IMG/VR virus record: IMGVR_UViG_3300048502_000088
Span: 1 to 64,000 of that record
Strand: one strand, 5' to 3'
Length of the DNA stretch: 64,000 nucleotides
From: an uncultured virus (IMG/VR IMGVR_UViG_3300048502_000088)
Lineage: Duplodnaviria > Heunggongvirae > Uroviricota > Caudoviricetes
Both the position numbers and the translations under genes were made by a program. Of this stretch, positions 18,842 through 27,720 are shown piece by piece. Positions within the stretch are counted from its first letter, which is position 1. Each line of letters begins with the position of its first letter. Below the pieces are notes generated by a model. It worked only from the letters and a program-made list of their open reading frames with translations, was not told where the DNA came from and made no database searches.

Positions 18842-19315
18842 TCAGAAGGGTATATCTGAGTCCGTAATCCCATCCTCAAGCGACGAAGCCCGCGACGTAT
18901 ACTCAGGCGACGACACCGGCCCACCGCCGAACAGGCCAGCGAACCGCTTCACTTCGTCACCGGCAACCCGCAGCGGACGGAAGCCAGCGGGATTCATCCA
19001 CTTCACGATCACACGCTCATCTCCGTTGTACTCATCGGAGGCCGTGGTGATCTGGAGCTTATTTCCGCGCAGGTGAGTTCCGAGGGATGTAAGGTATGCC
19101 TCATCCTGAAGCTGCTCGGGGGTCGTTCCGAAGCATTTGCCAAGCGTCTCCTTCAGTCGCTCGGCGGTCGCGGGCGTCAGCCACGCCGTGTGCTCGATGG
19201 GGCCTGCCTCCGTTTCGAAGGCGAAGAATATGCCTGCCGTGCCCTTGTTTTTGCTGGCCGTCAGATAGGCGTCTTTGACGGTGGCTTCGTATTTTTCGTT
19301 TGGTTGCAGTATCAT
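18842..19315 (-). CDS. single-stranded DNA-binding protein (DUF669-like)
   Basis: acidic C-terminus DGITDSDIPF; AAGGAG RBS. Confidence 0.75.
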   Translation of the reverse strand: MILQPNEKYEATVKDAYLTASKNKGTAGIFFAFETEAGPIEHTAWLTPATAERLKETLGKCFGTTPEQLQDEAYLTSLGTHLRGNKLQITTASDEYNGDERVIVKWMNPAGFRPLRVAGDEVKRFAGLFGGGPVSSPEYTSRASSLEDGITDSDIPF

Positions 19316-19356
19316 AAATCATTTATCTCCTTTAAGCATCTCCGTAAGCATTCCCG

Positions 19357-20421
19357 TCAGGCGGAGTTTAACTTGCTGTATCGCCATTCACGTCTACCTG
19401 GAATCTGCTTCGCGTACCTCTTCCAGCCATTGGCCTTCAAGCAGCGCGCCACGCGCATTTGATCCGCCGGCAGCCACGTATCGGGCCGCTTGCCAATACA
19501 GTGAATGAGGATGTCCGTAACGGTTACGGATTCGCCCGTTGACGCTAGCGCGGGCACTGTATAGCCTGGATCGCGGAGTTGTTGGGGGTCGTTCAGCCAT
19601 GCGGCGATGATCTCGTCCCATGGATCGTCCAAGTAGCGCGCTTGAGTCTCTTCAGCCGCCGATTCCATCAATAGCGGGTTATCGAGCCACCACGTATCCC
19701 CGGCCCGGAAACGGTCGCGCGCCTCGGCCCAAAGCTGATCGCGGTCGCGGGTAAGGTCGGGGATCTTGACAGCGCCGCACCTGATCGGCCAGAAGCGTCT
19801 GCTGCCGGTTTCGTCATTGAGGTAGGTGTCCTTATTGACCTTCCCGGCATTGACCGTCCCGGCGAAGATGCACTCCCGTGGCAATTCAACCACACGGCGG
19901 CCGTAGGGTAGCCTGATCCTGTCCACTTGGCGTGACATGAACGCCTTGATGCGCGATAACTCGCGGCGCGTCATGGCATCGAGCTCGATCAATTCGACGA
20001 TCCACACGCCTATGGTCTGCATGACGGAATCCTTCGAGCCGAGTTCAGCAATATCGTCGGCGAAGAAATCGGCGCCAGCAAGCGTCCGGAGCGCGGTGCT
20101 CTTCAGCGCGCCCTGGGGGCCTTCTAGGATCAGACACGTATCATGTTTGACGCCTGGCCGATAGACGCGCGCAATCCCGCCGATCAGAAACTTCGCGCCC
20201 ACGTCCCGCGCATAATCCGATGGATCAACGCCCAGGTACAGGGTGAGCCAGTCGTCGATGCGTTTTATTCCATCCCATTTGAGCGAATCGAGATACGCCC
20301 GGATTGGATGTAAGGAGTGTTCCCCATGGCGGCCAGCCGCCCGCTCCTCCGGCGCAGACGTGTCAGGCCTGGAATACCCTTGTGCAATAAACGAATCCAA
20401 CATCGTGTCAGCCTCTTTCAT
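19357..20421 (-). CDS. VapE/VirE-family P-loop ATPase, copy 2 (no N-terminal domain)
   Basis: HPIRAYLDSLKWDG, ARVYRPGVKHD, LEGPQGALKST, PRECIFAGTVN, DETGSRRFWP. Confidence 0.9.
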   Translation of the reverse strand: MKEADTMLDSFIAQGYSRPDTSAPEERAAGRHGEHSLHPIRAYLDSLKWDGIKRIDDWLTLYLGVDPSDYARDVGAKFLIGGIARVYRPGVKHDTCLILEGPQGALKSTALRTLAGADFFADDIAELGSKDSVMQTIGVWIVELIELDAMTRRELSRIKAFMSRQVDRIRLPYGRRVVELPRECIFAGTVNAGKVNKDTYLNDETGSRRFWPIRCGAVKIPDLTRDRDQLWAEARDRFRAGDTWWLDNPLLMESAAEETQARYLDDPWDEIIAAWLNDPQQLRDPGYTVPALASTGESVTVTDILIHCIGKRPDTWLPADQMRVARCLKANGWKRYAKQIPGRREWRYSKLNSA

Positions 20422-20430
20422 AATAAATTT

Positions 20431-20640
20431 TTAGTCGATAAAAAAGTTTGTTTCAGATGTCTCTGAGGTTACCTTGCGTACCTGCAAGAGAAATACGGAA
20501 GAGTCACTGCCGACGGATCGCTTCTCTAATTTGGCGTAAAGAGCGGCGCGCTCTGCGGTATCCTCAGGCGATTCGCCGAAGCACAGGGAGTGCTTACCCG
20601 ACTCCGTTACCCAATTGATCTCGTATCTTACTATTTTCAT
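20431..20640 (-). CDS. hypothetical protein
   Basis: 69-aa ORF, lower GC. Confidence 0.5.
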   Translation of the reverse strand: MKIVRYEINWVTESGKHSLCFGESPEDTAERAALYAKLEKRSVGSDSSVFLLQVRKVTSETSETNFFID

Positions 20641-20708
20641 TCTAGTGCGTACACTCCCTTGTTGGTCTCGGTAATCTTCAGGATGATACTTCCCAGCGGC
20701 CGCCGTAA

Positions 20709-21086
20709 CTAGGTATTTTTAAGCACCACCGTCAACCGCGATATAACATCGTCAACCGCGACCACTGAACACCCGCGCTTGGTTTCCAGCCACGCCAGGG
20801 TATGTTGCTGAGACCGGGCCTGCGCGTGTATCCGGCGTCTCGCCACGGAATCCTCGTGCCATGCGCAATACTTCGTGCCCCTGACCGTCGTTGAACAATC
20901 CGGCTCGCCTGTCGCCTCATCAACGTAGGCGCACTTCGGCGCAGATGCCTTACGTGCCTTCTGTTTGTCCGGGTCATGTGTCCCGCAATAACCGGCAGCC
21001 GTGGTGGCGGCATTTGAGCAGCCGTGGAAGCCCACGCCCCTACCTTCGTCGTGTACCCTTGCGCGGCATGATGCCTTATCGGCCAT
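20709..21086 (-). CDS. hypothetical protein with two C..C..C..H clusters
   Basis: YCGTH and YCAWH; TAATG coupling. Confidence 0.6.
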   Translation of the reverse strand: MADKASCRARVHDEGRGVGFHGCSNAATTAAGYCGTHDPDKQKARKASAPKCAYVDEATGEPDCSTTVRGTKYCAWHEDSVARRRIHAQARSQQHTLAWLETKRGCSVVAVDDVISRLTVVLKNT

Positions 21087-21331
21087 TACTTCACCCTCGC
21101 TTCATTGCTCACGCCGCGATCCAGTGCCACGCCAGCATGTTCCGCTATCGAATACCACAACTCTGCCCACTTATCGTATGTGCCTTTCGTCCAACCACGG
21201 TCACCGTTCTGGCTCATGTAGCCGTTTCGGTGCTGGACAAGAAGGATGCAGTCTTCCTTGTTAAGCGCGACCGCGATAAACTCTGGGTACGTTCCATCGG
21301 GGTTTCCGCTGAGACTCGCTCTAAGTTTCAT
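21086..21331 (-). CDS. hypothetical protein
   Basis: AAGG RBS, coupled downstream. Confidence 0.55.
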   Translation of the reverse strand: MKLRASLSGNPDGTYPEFIAVALNKEDCILLVQHRNGYMSQNGDRGWTKGTYDKWAELWYSIAEHAGVALDRGVSNEARVK

Positions 21332-21401
21332 GTGATTACCTTTCGTCTCCTGCCCTGGCGTGGCGCTCCACCACGAGTTTTGCCGTCAAAGTGCTTCAGC
21401 T

Positions 21402-21617
21402 TCACGATTTTCCCTCCACCGGAAACAACTCCGCCAGCTTAGCGATCTCGGAGCGGGTGAGAACCACCCTTGGTCCATCAAAACGGCCACGAATCAGATT
21501 CTTGGCCTCCCTAGCCACCAGCACTGCGTTCTTGTCTGACGCGGACCTGAATCCTTTCGCCGTGACACGCAGAACGTATGTCGGATATCTGGTTTCGGAG
21601 ATGGTTTGGCGTTTCAC
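21402..21617 (-). CDS. hypothetical protein
   Basis: GTGA-coupled ORF. Confidence 0.5.
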   Translation of the reverse strand: MKRQTISETRYPTYVLRVTAKGFRSASDKNAVLVAREAKNLIRGRFDGPRVVLTRSEIAKLAELFPVEGKS

Positions 21618-21817
21618 AGAACCTCGCTGTTCTTAGACGACATCCAACCGTCATCCCCGGTCGGTCTCCACTGCTTCAGGGTCTCGATATGCGAATCCAC
21701 GGCCTGCCGAACGAAGCGCCCAAAAGACATCTTCTCGCGTTTGGCCATTTTCACAGCCGCCCTACGCAGCGGTTCTGGCATCCTTACGGCGACCTGTTTC
21801 ATTTTTTGCTCAGGCAT
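21614..21817 (-). CDS. ribbon-helix-helix transcriptional regulator
   Basis: KQVAVRMPEPLRRAAVKMAKREKMSFGRFVRQAV. Confidence 0.8.
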   Translation of the reverse strand: MPEQKMKQVAVRMPEPLRRAAVKMAKREKMSFGRFVRQAVDSHIETLKQWRPTGDDGWMSSKNSEVL

Positions 21818-21824
21818 GACTAGA

Positions 21825-21854
21825 AGTATAGCGATATCGGTATCGCTTTGTCAA
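21825..21854 (-). promoter_or_regulatory. sigma70-like promoter with palindromic operator in the spacer; leaderless transcript
   Basis: TTGACA-18 nt-TATACT-7 nt-ATG; AGCGATA-N4-TATCGCT at 21830-21847. Confidence 0.8.
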
Positions 21855-21902
21855 CGGCAGTTGAGTTCGTCGCGTATTCCTGCCATTTGCTGCCGTTCGT
21901 GG

Positions 21903-23129
21903 TCACTCATCGTCGCCACCGTCCATCCCATCCACCTCCGGCACCTCGCCGGCCTTCTTGGGCTTCGGCGGCAGGAGGCCGGAGAGCCGCAGTGGCCGTA
22001 CAGGCAGTCCGGTCCTAATAAACTTACCCGACGGCGGCGTCAACTCCGCACCTGGCACCCCCGCCTCGATAGCCGCCCTTCTGAGCGCATCGTACTGCGG
22101 CACCAACCGCTTGCCGTCCACCGTCTCGCGGCCCTTCTGGAGACGGTACAGGATATTTTTCCACTTCTCCTGAAATCTGCCGTCTTTCTCGATAGTCACA
22201 GGCACCTGGAACGCGGTCTGGCCACCAAATATTACTCGGAACTCTTCCTCGATCCCGCTAACGAGTTCTTCCGCCTCTGACTGGATAGCTACGGCGTTGC
22301 GGTAGCGTTGGATCAGTAGGTCCAGGTCGGTGCGTTTGGGGATGGAAGTTTCGGGCTGGACGCCTTCCATGATGGCTTGCCCCTGACAGGTAACCCTATA
22401 GCGGCATCGCGAGCACCTGGTGTCCTGGTAATCCAGGCGCGGCGGCATTTTCTGCTCGTTCTTGAGCGTATCCCAAAACTTCGGCGCGTAATCTTCGATG
22501 AGTCCGATGATCTCGGGGCTGCGCTCAACAGGGAAGGTAACCAACTTCGGGCGGCGGGGGAGCGTCGGTATCGGATCTCCTTCGATGCGGGCGGTTAACT
22601 CGATAGCCACCAGCGGCAATAGGTCTTCTCGCTGCCCCACTGCGTAATCGCATACTTCAAGCCCGTGCGCAGCCATCCCCCCTTGCCCCTGATAAATATA
22701 ATCCGGAACCAAGCCGCTGGAGTTTACCTTTGCCATCATCTCGCGCCCAATGCCTTTGCACTCAACAACTCTTTTAACGGCGGGGCTGTCGTCAACGGCG
22801 GGATCGGCAATGCCGTCATCGTGATACTGAAGACACGGCACGGTCGGATGCCGTTGCAGTCCGACCTGCGTTACCTTGCGACCGGTGTGGCTGCTGTACG
22901 CACGAAGGATGTATTTTTCGAGCAAGCTGCCCAATAACATCGGCTCCGTTGCATCTTCGTGGCTATCTGGCGGATAACCGCTGAGTCGATACCATAACTT
23001 TCTGGCACAACCGTACTCCACTGGCAGGTGGTCCGACAGCAGGGAGCCGAGATCACTACCACCGATCCCAAGTTGTCTGCTGGCTATGAAATCCGCTCTT
23101 GACTGCGTGGGGTCGGTCACTTCCACCAC
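21903..23129 (-). CDS. YqaJ-like (lambda exonuclease family) recombination exonuclease
   Basis: RQLGIGGSD, LGSLLE, DG..VVECK, YIYQ. Confidence 0.85.
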   Translation of the reverse strand: MVEVTDPTQSRADFIASRQLGIGGSDLGSLLSDHLPVEYGCARKLWYRLSGYPPDSHEDATEPMLLGSLLEKYILRAYSSHTGRKVTQVGLQRHPTVPCLQYHDDGIADPAVDDSPAVKRVVECKGIGREMMAKVNSSGLVPDYIYQGQGGMAAHGLEVCDYAVGQREDLLPLVAIELTARIEGDPIPTLPRRPKLVTFPVERSPEIIGLIEDYAPKFWDTLKNEQKMPPRLDYQDTRCSRCRYRVTCQGQAIMEGVQPETSIPKRTDLDLLIQRYRNAVAIQSEAEELVSGIEEEFRVIFGGQTAFQVPVTIEKDGRFQEKWKNILYRLQKGRETVDGKRLVPQYDALRRAAIEAGVPGAELTPPSGKFIRTGLPVRPLRLSGLLPPKPKKAGEVPEVDGMDGGDDE

Positions 23130-23377
23130 CCTGGGCCAGGTATTGGGCTGTTAAGCAGCCTGATACTGTGCCAGAAACGCTCGACTGGCGCGTGCCGCGT
23201 TAAGGCTGCGACCTTGTCTTGCGTTTGCAGCCTGCCGCATAGATCGCAGTACTTAACCTCAATGGCGCGAGGTTCTCCGTGGATCGCAAACAGGTCCAAA
23301 ACGACCTTCTCGCATGTGCAGAATCTGGACAGATACCACCTGATGGCTCTGTTAATTATCCTTTTCATAACCCCCAC
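23117..23377 (-). CDS. hypothetical protein
   Basis: CxC..CxxC ORF overlapping neighbours. Confidence 0.45.
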   Translation of the reverse strand: MGVMKRIINRAIRWYLSRFCTCEKVVLDLFAIHGEPRAIEVKYCDLCGRLQTQDKVAALTRHAPVERFWHSIRLLNSPIPGPGWWK

Positions 23378-24117
23378 CTATCCATCTCGGACCGCAGGCA
23401 ATCCAGCGTCGATCCGCTGAAGTCCTTGCCTAACATCCATCTCCCGAACCCCGGCTCATCCTTGACCCGGCAGTCCTTATTCTTGCCGAACCCGTAATAC
23501 AGGAAGCCGTCCTTGAAGTACAGTTTGCCCGCAAGGTCCGCTGGTTGATTCTCCCCTCGCTGGCAGAACAACGCCAGCTCCTCCATTCCCATCCCGGCCA
23601 GATCCTCATACATACCCAACTGCCCCTTCAGCACATCCAGCGTTGCGGCGGCGTCAGCAGCGGCTCCATGCGCGCCTTCATGCGACCGACCACAGTATTT
23701 CTGCACGGCGGCTTCGAGGGTTCGGGGATCTTTTTTCTGATAGATACTGAAGGCGTCGATGATATTGACGCCTTCCAGGTCGAGTTTCAGGCCACAGCGA
23801 CGGAGTTCTTCATCGAGGACGGGAAGATCGAGAGAGCGCAGGTTGTAGCCCGCAATGTCGCGGCCAGTCAGTGTCTTGTGAATCTTCGCAGCGCACGCGG
23901 AGAACGGTGGGCAATCGGCTACGTCCGCATCGGAGATGCCGTGGACAGTGGTCGCTTCGGCTGGGATCGGAATGCCGGGGTTGAAGCGTTTCTGCCCCTT
24001 CTTGATGGTGCCGTCGGGAAATAGAACCACCACGCCGAGTTCTATCAGTCGTGAGTTTACGGGGTCCACGCCGGTCGTTTCAGTGTCGAGGATAACCAGT
24101 GGGCGGGCGAGATTCAC
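23365..24117 (-). CDS. DEDDh 3'-5' exonuclease (DnaQ/epsilon-like)
   Basis: LDTETTG, HGI, GYN..DLPVL, AHGAAADA. Confidence 0.93.
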   Translation of the reverse strand: MNLARPLVILDTETTGVDPVNSRLIELGVVVLFPDGTIKKGQKRFNPGIPIPAEATTVHGISDADVADCPPFSACAAKIHKTLTGRDIAGYNLRSLDLPVLDEELRRCGLKLDLEGVNIIDAFSIYQKKDPRTLEAAVQKYCGRSHEGAHGAAADAAATLDVLKGQLGMYEDLAGMGMEELALFCQRGENQPADLAGKLYFKDGFLYYGFGKNKDCRVKDEPGFGRWMLGKDFSGSTLDCLRSEMDRWGL

Positions 24118-24395
24118 GCTTCCTCCCTTAAGGCTTCCTCACACCACTCGCACCACGCAATATGCACAGCGGCGCTGGCCACTTCGGCGCGGTACAGGCT
24201 GAGCCCTCGCGGGACGATTCCGTACTTGATCAAACCCTTGCGTTGAAGCGCCAGCGCGGTTTGCTTCGCCAGGTACGATTCATCGTTAACGCAGATACGC
24301 GAAAACACCTCCCGCTGGACCTTTGTTAGCCTGCGGATGATCGGCAGCGCTTCGGCGGTGGAAAGCCTGGAGAGCTCCCTTGATTGTTCGGGCAT
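24114..24395 (-). CDS. hypothetical protein, first gene of the leftward early arm
   Basis: ATG at 24395 is 6 nt below a TACCAT -10. Confidence 0.6.
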   Translation of the reverse strand: MPEQSRELSRLSTAEALPIIRRLTKVQREVFSRICVNDESYLAKQTALALQRKGLIKYGIVPRGLSLYRAEVASAAVHIAWCEWCEEALREEA

Positions 24396-24401
24396 GGAAC
24401 G

Positions 24402-24467
24402 ATGGTAAACGAAACAGCGGAGCGGTGTCAATATTTATTTGCTTTTCCCAGTGGATTGTTTTATGAT
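24402..24467. promoter_or_regulatory. back-to-back divergent sigma70-like promoters
   Basis: minus: TTGACA(24431-24426)-18-TACCAT(24407-24402); plus: TTGCTT(24439)-17-TATGAT(24462). Confidence 0.75.
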
Positions 24468-24477
24468 GACACACAGG

Positions 24478-24669
24478 ATGCCTGAAAAAATATCAAAGAG
24501 CGTGGTAAACAAGAGCGTGGTAAACATACCGTGCCCGCTCCACAAGAGACTCAGGGCGCTGTGCGTTGCTAAGGGATACCGCGTGGGCGAATTTGCCGCG
24601 AGATCCATCGAGCACTTCGTGTCCCGCGAGGAACTGGGCGACCGCAGACGAGCGAGGGTGACCCGATGA
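24478..24669 (+). CDS. ribbon-helix-helix-like regulator
   Basis: VVNIPCPLHKRLRALCVAKGYRVGEFAARSIE; 15-bp duplication at 24496-24525. Confidence 0.65.
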   Translation: MPEKISKSVVNKSVVNIPCPLHKRLRALCVAKGYRVGEFAARSIEHFVSREELGDRRRARVTR

Positions 24670-24947
24670 GCAGCCCGATGAGCCTTGCCGCCACAACCAA
24701 CCGCTACGCCAGTATCACCCAGGCGAAATACCTGCGCTGCGCCGCCAGCAACCATCCGCAGGTTTTTGTCAGCGCCCGTGGGCGGGCCAAGGTAAAATCC
24801 TGCTACTGCGGTAAGTCCCGTTCTGTGGAGAATAAATGCGCGGGTTGCGATGGGACTGGAGGGACTACGCTGGTAGCCTGCGTGGAGTGCGGTGGATCGG
24901 GGTGGAAGCAGGGGACGGATAACCTTCCGAGGGGATATAGGTCGTGA
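24666..24947 (+). CDS. small protein with DnaJ-type CxxCxGxG motifs
   Basis: CAGCDGTG..CVECGGSG. Confidence 0.6.
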   Translation: MSSPMSLAATTNRYASITQAKYLRCAASNHPQVFVSARGRAKVKSCYCGKSRSVENKCAGCDGTGGTTLVACVECGGSGWKQGTDNLPRGYRS

Positions 24948-25177
24948 TCAACATCCCTTCCTGCATGCCCGGATTTCCTAAGCCGTGGACGTTCCCCGGC
25001 GGCAAGGTCCACTACCTTACCGGGTTCGTCGGTGAGCCCTGCCGGTACCGTCGCCCCCACCAGACCCTGTGCTGGAGATGGCTGGATAAAGAATGCGCGG
25101 TGGATGCGAAGAGTGTGTGCAAGAGGTGTGAAAGGGCGATGAGCGAAGCGGCGAAGAAGGCGAGAGTAGCCAAATGA
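24944..25177 (+). CDS. hypothetical Zn-binding protein
   Basis: H..C..CxxC; GTGA coupling. Confidence 0.55.
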   Translation: MINIPSCMPGFPKPWTFPGGKVHYLTGFVGEPCRYRRPHQTLCWRWLDKECAVDAKSVCKRCERAMSEAAKKARVAK

Positions 25178-25224
25178 AGCCCGCCTGGCATGAAGTTCGA
25201 CAATGGCGGCTGACCGCCGCTACT

Positions 25225-25767
25225 TTACGAGACCGCGTTAGCCACCGAAAGTATCAGCGCCCTGGTATCCGCCGACCGCTTTGGTAACTGCGGTCGGTCA
25301 CTCTCCACGGCAGCGGCGGCCCAGTCTCCCCGCGCGACAGCGGCGCAGAAGGAGGGGAAGCTGCCGATACCGCCTTTGACGTTGTAGTCGATGTCAACGG
25401 CGGCGGTGGCGACCGGAATCGGCAGCGCGTCGAATTCGGGGATACGCTTACGGCACTGAGTTATGGAAGAACCCAGGCGCTGCGCCATAATTTCCTGTGC
25501 GCGGTCGAGTGGCATTCGAATTTTACTGAACTGCTCGTAATATCCCGAGCACTTACCCGGTTCGCTGGACTTCACCGCGCTGAACTGCTCTGCGATGGGC
25601 GCGATGCCGGCGGGTGACGTGAGGCCAAACAGATTGGCGAGCGCCACGGCGGTAGGGCACATAATGCCGAAGCCGATGGTCACGTTGGACTCCGTGTCTA
25701 AGTATGGCCATGCGCAGAATCCCTCCTGCCGCCCCGTAAACGCAATGCAGGACTCTATCAGCGTCAC
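25225..25767 (-). CDS. endolysin, lysozyme (GH24-like)
   Basis: catalytic-type E-x8-D-x5-T in QEGFCAWPYLDTESNVTIGFG; GDWAAAAVE. Confidence 0.85.
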   Translation of the reverse strand: MTLIESCIAFTGRQEGFCAWPYLDTESNVTIGFGIMCPTAVALANLFGLTSPAGIAPIAEQFSAVKSSEPGKCSGYYEQFSKIRMPLDRAQEIMAQRLGSSITQCRKRIPEFDALPIPVATAAVDIDYNVKGGIGSFPSFCAAVARGDWAAAAVESDRPQLPKRSADTRALILSVANAVS

Positions 25768-26044
25768 GAGTGATCGCCCTCCGGCAAAGCGCAGACAATA
25801 CAGTTTCCGCCACCATGCGGAGGCACGAACGTATGCGCCGCGCCGCGCTGGATAGCGGTTCCGAAAGCCTCTACCGTTCTGTCGATGTTATACCCCACGA
25901 TATGCACCGGGAAAGACTCCTTCAGCTTGCCCCGCTCCGCATCTTCAATCAGATTCGTCAGCATTTCCCGTGCGTTTTCCGGTTCGCACCTCAGTGCCAG
26001 GATGGCGGCGTCTATGGCTTGCTGGCGGCGGGTCACGGCATTAT
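25764..26044 (-). CDS. hypothetical protein
   Basis: ORF between lysin and HNH-like gene; start uncertain. Confidence 0.45.
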
Positions 26045-26574
26045 TTGATGGCACCGTGCGCCCTGCCACACGCGATCCAGTCGGAGATTATGCAATCCTG
26101 AACCTGCTTTAGGGTCATCGTTCCAGCGCACAGTTCGCGCTTCATTTTGTCCTCTACCTGGTCTTTGACCCGCGCTCCGTATTGCCCGCTGTAGCTTTGT
26201 GGCCACAGGTTGCGCGGGTCCGTTGGGTGACCAGAAATTTCCAGGCTCAAAAAATGGTCCTCTTCGTATTCGGATGGCTTTCCGGGGAGGTGGAGCGCCA
26301 CCATCTGCTGGGCCTTGAGTTTATTTGTGTACGCCCCTGGAGGTCGGATCGTCTTCGTCCAGCCAGCCCTACAGACGGTTGAACTGATATTTTCCTGCGT
26401 TACGTCTGGGTTCGGAAAACCCGGTACGGACGCTGGCGGATATGCGCTCTCCGGCCCCACGCGATTGCCCTGCGCCACCGCCATCGGAGGCGAAAAGCAA
26501 ATGTACATGGCCGCCATGGCAAGGCCAGCGGCCAGAAGGATCAGAGATATGCGGTTGCTCGTGGGGTGTTGCAT
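26041..26574 (-). CDS. exported HNH-like (His-Me) protein
   Basis: signal/TM N-terminus; YEEDHFLSLEISGHPTDPRNLWPQ..KDQVE. Confidence 0.7.
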   Translation of the reverse strand: MQHPTSNRISLILLAAGLAMAAMYICFSPPMAVAQGNRVGPESAYPPASVPGFPNPDVTQENISSTVCRAGWTKTIRPPGAYTNKLKAQQMVALHLPGKPSEYEEDHFLSLEISGHPTDPRNLWPQSYSGQYGARVKDQVEDKMKRELCAGTMTLKQVQDCIISDWIACGRAHGAIK

Positions 26575-26592
26575 GGTTTTATTTTAACGCAG

Positions 26593-26625
26593 AAAATGCC
26601 CCAAGCGGATTGCTCCGAATGGGGC
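26593..26625 (-). terminator. probable intrinsic terminator
   Basis: GCCCCA/TGGGGC stem plus TTTT on the minus strand. Confidence 0.5.
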
Positions 26626-26652
26626 GGTCTCGACTTAACGCATGCCGCGCGG

Positions 26653-27030
26653 TTAAGCGGCGGGGGATGTGGTCGGAGCGGGCGCGGTCGCGTTTGCTGC
26701 TGTCACCGCCAGTTGGATGACGGTATTCAGCAGCGAAGTATCCGCTGTCGGTGCGTGGTTTTTTGCGAGGATCTGGGTTCCCAGGTTCAACGCCACGTTG
26801 CCGGCCGTCTGGCCTTCGGCCAGCGCGGTTATCCCAGGCAAAGCGTATTTCGTCGCCACCGCGTTCAACTCAGTCAGCGTCTTGTTGGGGGCGATTGCGT
26901 TGATGTCGTTAACGATGCCAAGGGCGGCTGGCAGCAGGGATTCGATCTCCTGAGCGACCGCTTCGATTTTCGGGGATGTTTTGCCGAGTAAATTTTCAAT
27001 TTTGGAAAGCAGATTGTGTAGCCATGTCAT
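26653..27030 (-). CDS. hypothetical amphipathic protein (lysis region)
   Basis: 125-aa ORF. Confidence 0.65.
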   Translation of the reverse strand: MTWLHNLLSKIENLLGKTSPKIEAVAQEIESLLPAALGIVNDINAIAPNKTLTELNAVATKYALPGITALAEGQTAGNVALNLGTQILAKNHAPTADTSLLNTVIQLAVTAANATAPAPTTSPAA

Positions 27031-27171
27031 TCTGGGTTGGGTTCCTTTGGGCGCCCGCAGGGGCAGAGTGTTCGTTCAGCAGCGATCTTGGATTCAGAGA
27101 CTGAAAGGCAGAATCTGGATTAGAGCTTGGCGAGCTTTCCAGATTCCGCTTGCAGAAATAGGGCACGATGA

Positions 27172-27200
27172 ATGGTAGTATTTTTGTGTCACAATGTCAA
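27172..27200 (-). promoter_or_regulatory. sigma70-like promoter
   Basis: TTGACA-17 nt-TACCAT on the minus strand. Confidence 0.65.
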
Positions 27201-27293
27201 GCATGACGGGTCGGCCAAAAAGCCTTGCGCCATGCACATTTTGCAGGAAACCCATGGGCGCTCCCGAACGCCGGAAGCACGAACCCCAATGCC

Positions 27294-27608
27294 CTAAGCG
27301 ACCGGCGGTGTCGCTGCGCCCGCCGCTGCGCCCGTCGAAGACGACTCCTTAGACGTTTCCCTGTTTCCCGCCGCATCTGTGCTGGTGTGCTCCGAAGACT
27401 GCGCCATTGCGCCATGCGGCAGGGGACCTTTGAAGCTGAGTAACGTCAACAGAGCCTCACGCATCCACTCGTAGCACCACTCAAGCGCCTCCACCCGACA
27501 GAAAGGCCACGGCAGTTTCGGTCTCATCGTTACGACGGCGCTGATCCCGAGCAAGCCAAGCCCCTCTTTATGGCGATCCGCGAAGTCCGCTAAGGCCTGG
27601 AGGTACAT
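27294..27608 (-). CDS. small membrane-associated protein, possible holin-like
   Basis: hydrophobic segment; TACACT 6 nt before ATG. Confidence 0.5.
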   Translation of the reverse strand: MYLQALADFADRHKEGLGLLGISAVVTMRPKLPWPFCRVEALEWCYEWMREALLTLLSFKGPLPHGAMAQSSEHTSTDAAGNRETSKESSSTGAAAGAATPPVA

Positions 27609-27647
27609 GGGTACAGTGTAGCGTTTCCTGTGGTTAACGCGCTACCG

Positions 27648-27720
27648 CCGCAGTCACAACCGCAGTCACCTCGTCCGCAGTCACGTCCGCAGTCACGTCC
27701 GCAGTCACGTCCGCAGTCAC
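27648..27720 (-). repeat. 6 copies of CCGCAGTCAC, mostly 12-bp period
   Basis: copies at 27648, 27660, 27675, 27687, 27699, 27711. Confidence 0.9.

Noticed and set aside
27648..27720. Possible mini-CRISPR array
   Set aside because: 10-bp core with 2-5 nt gaps; far too short for repeat-spacer structure
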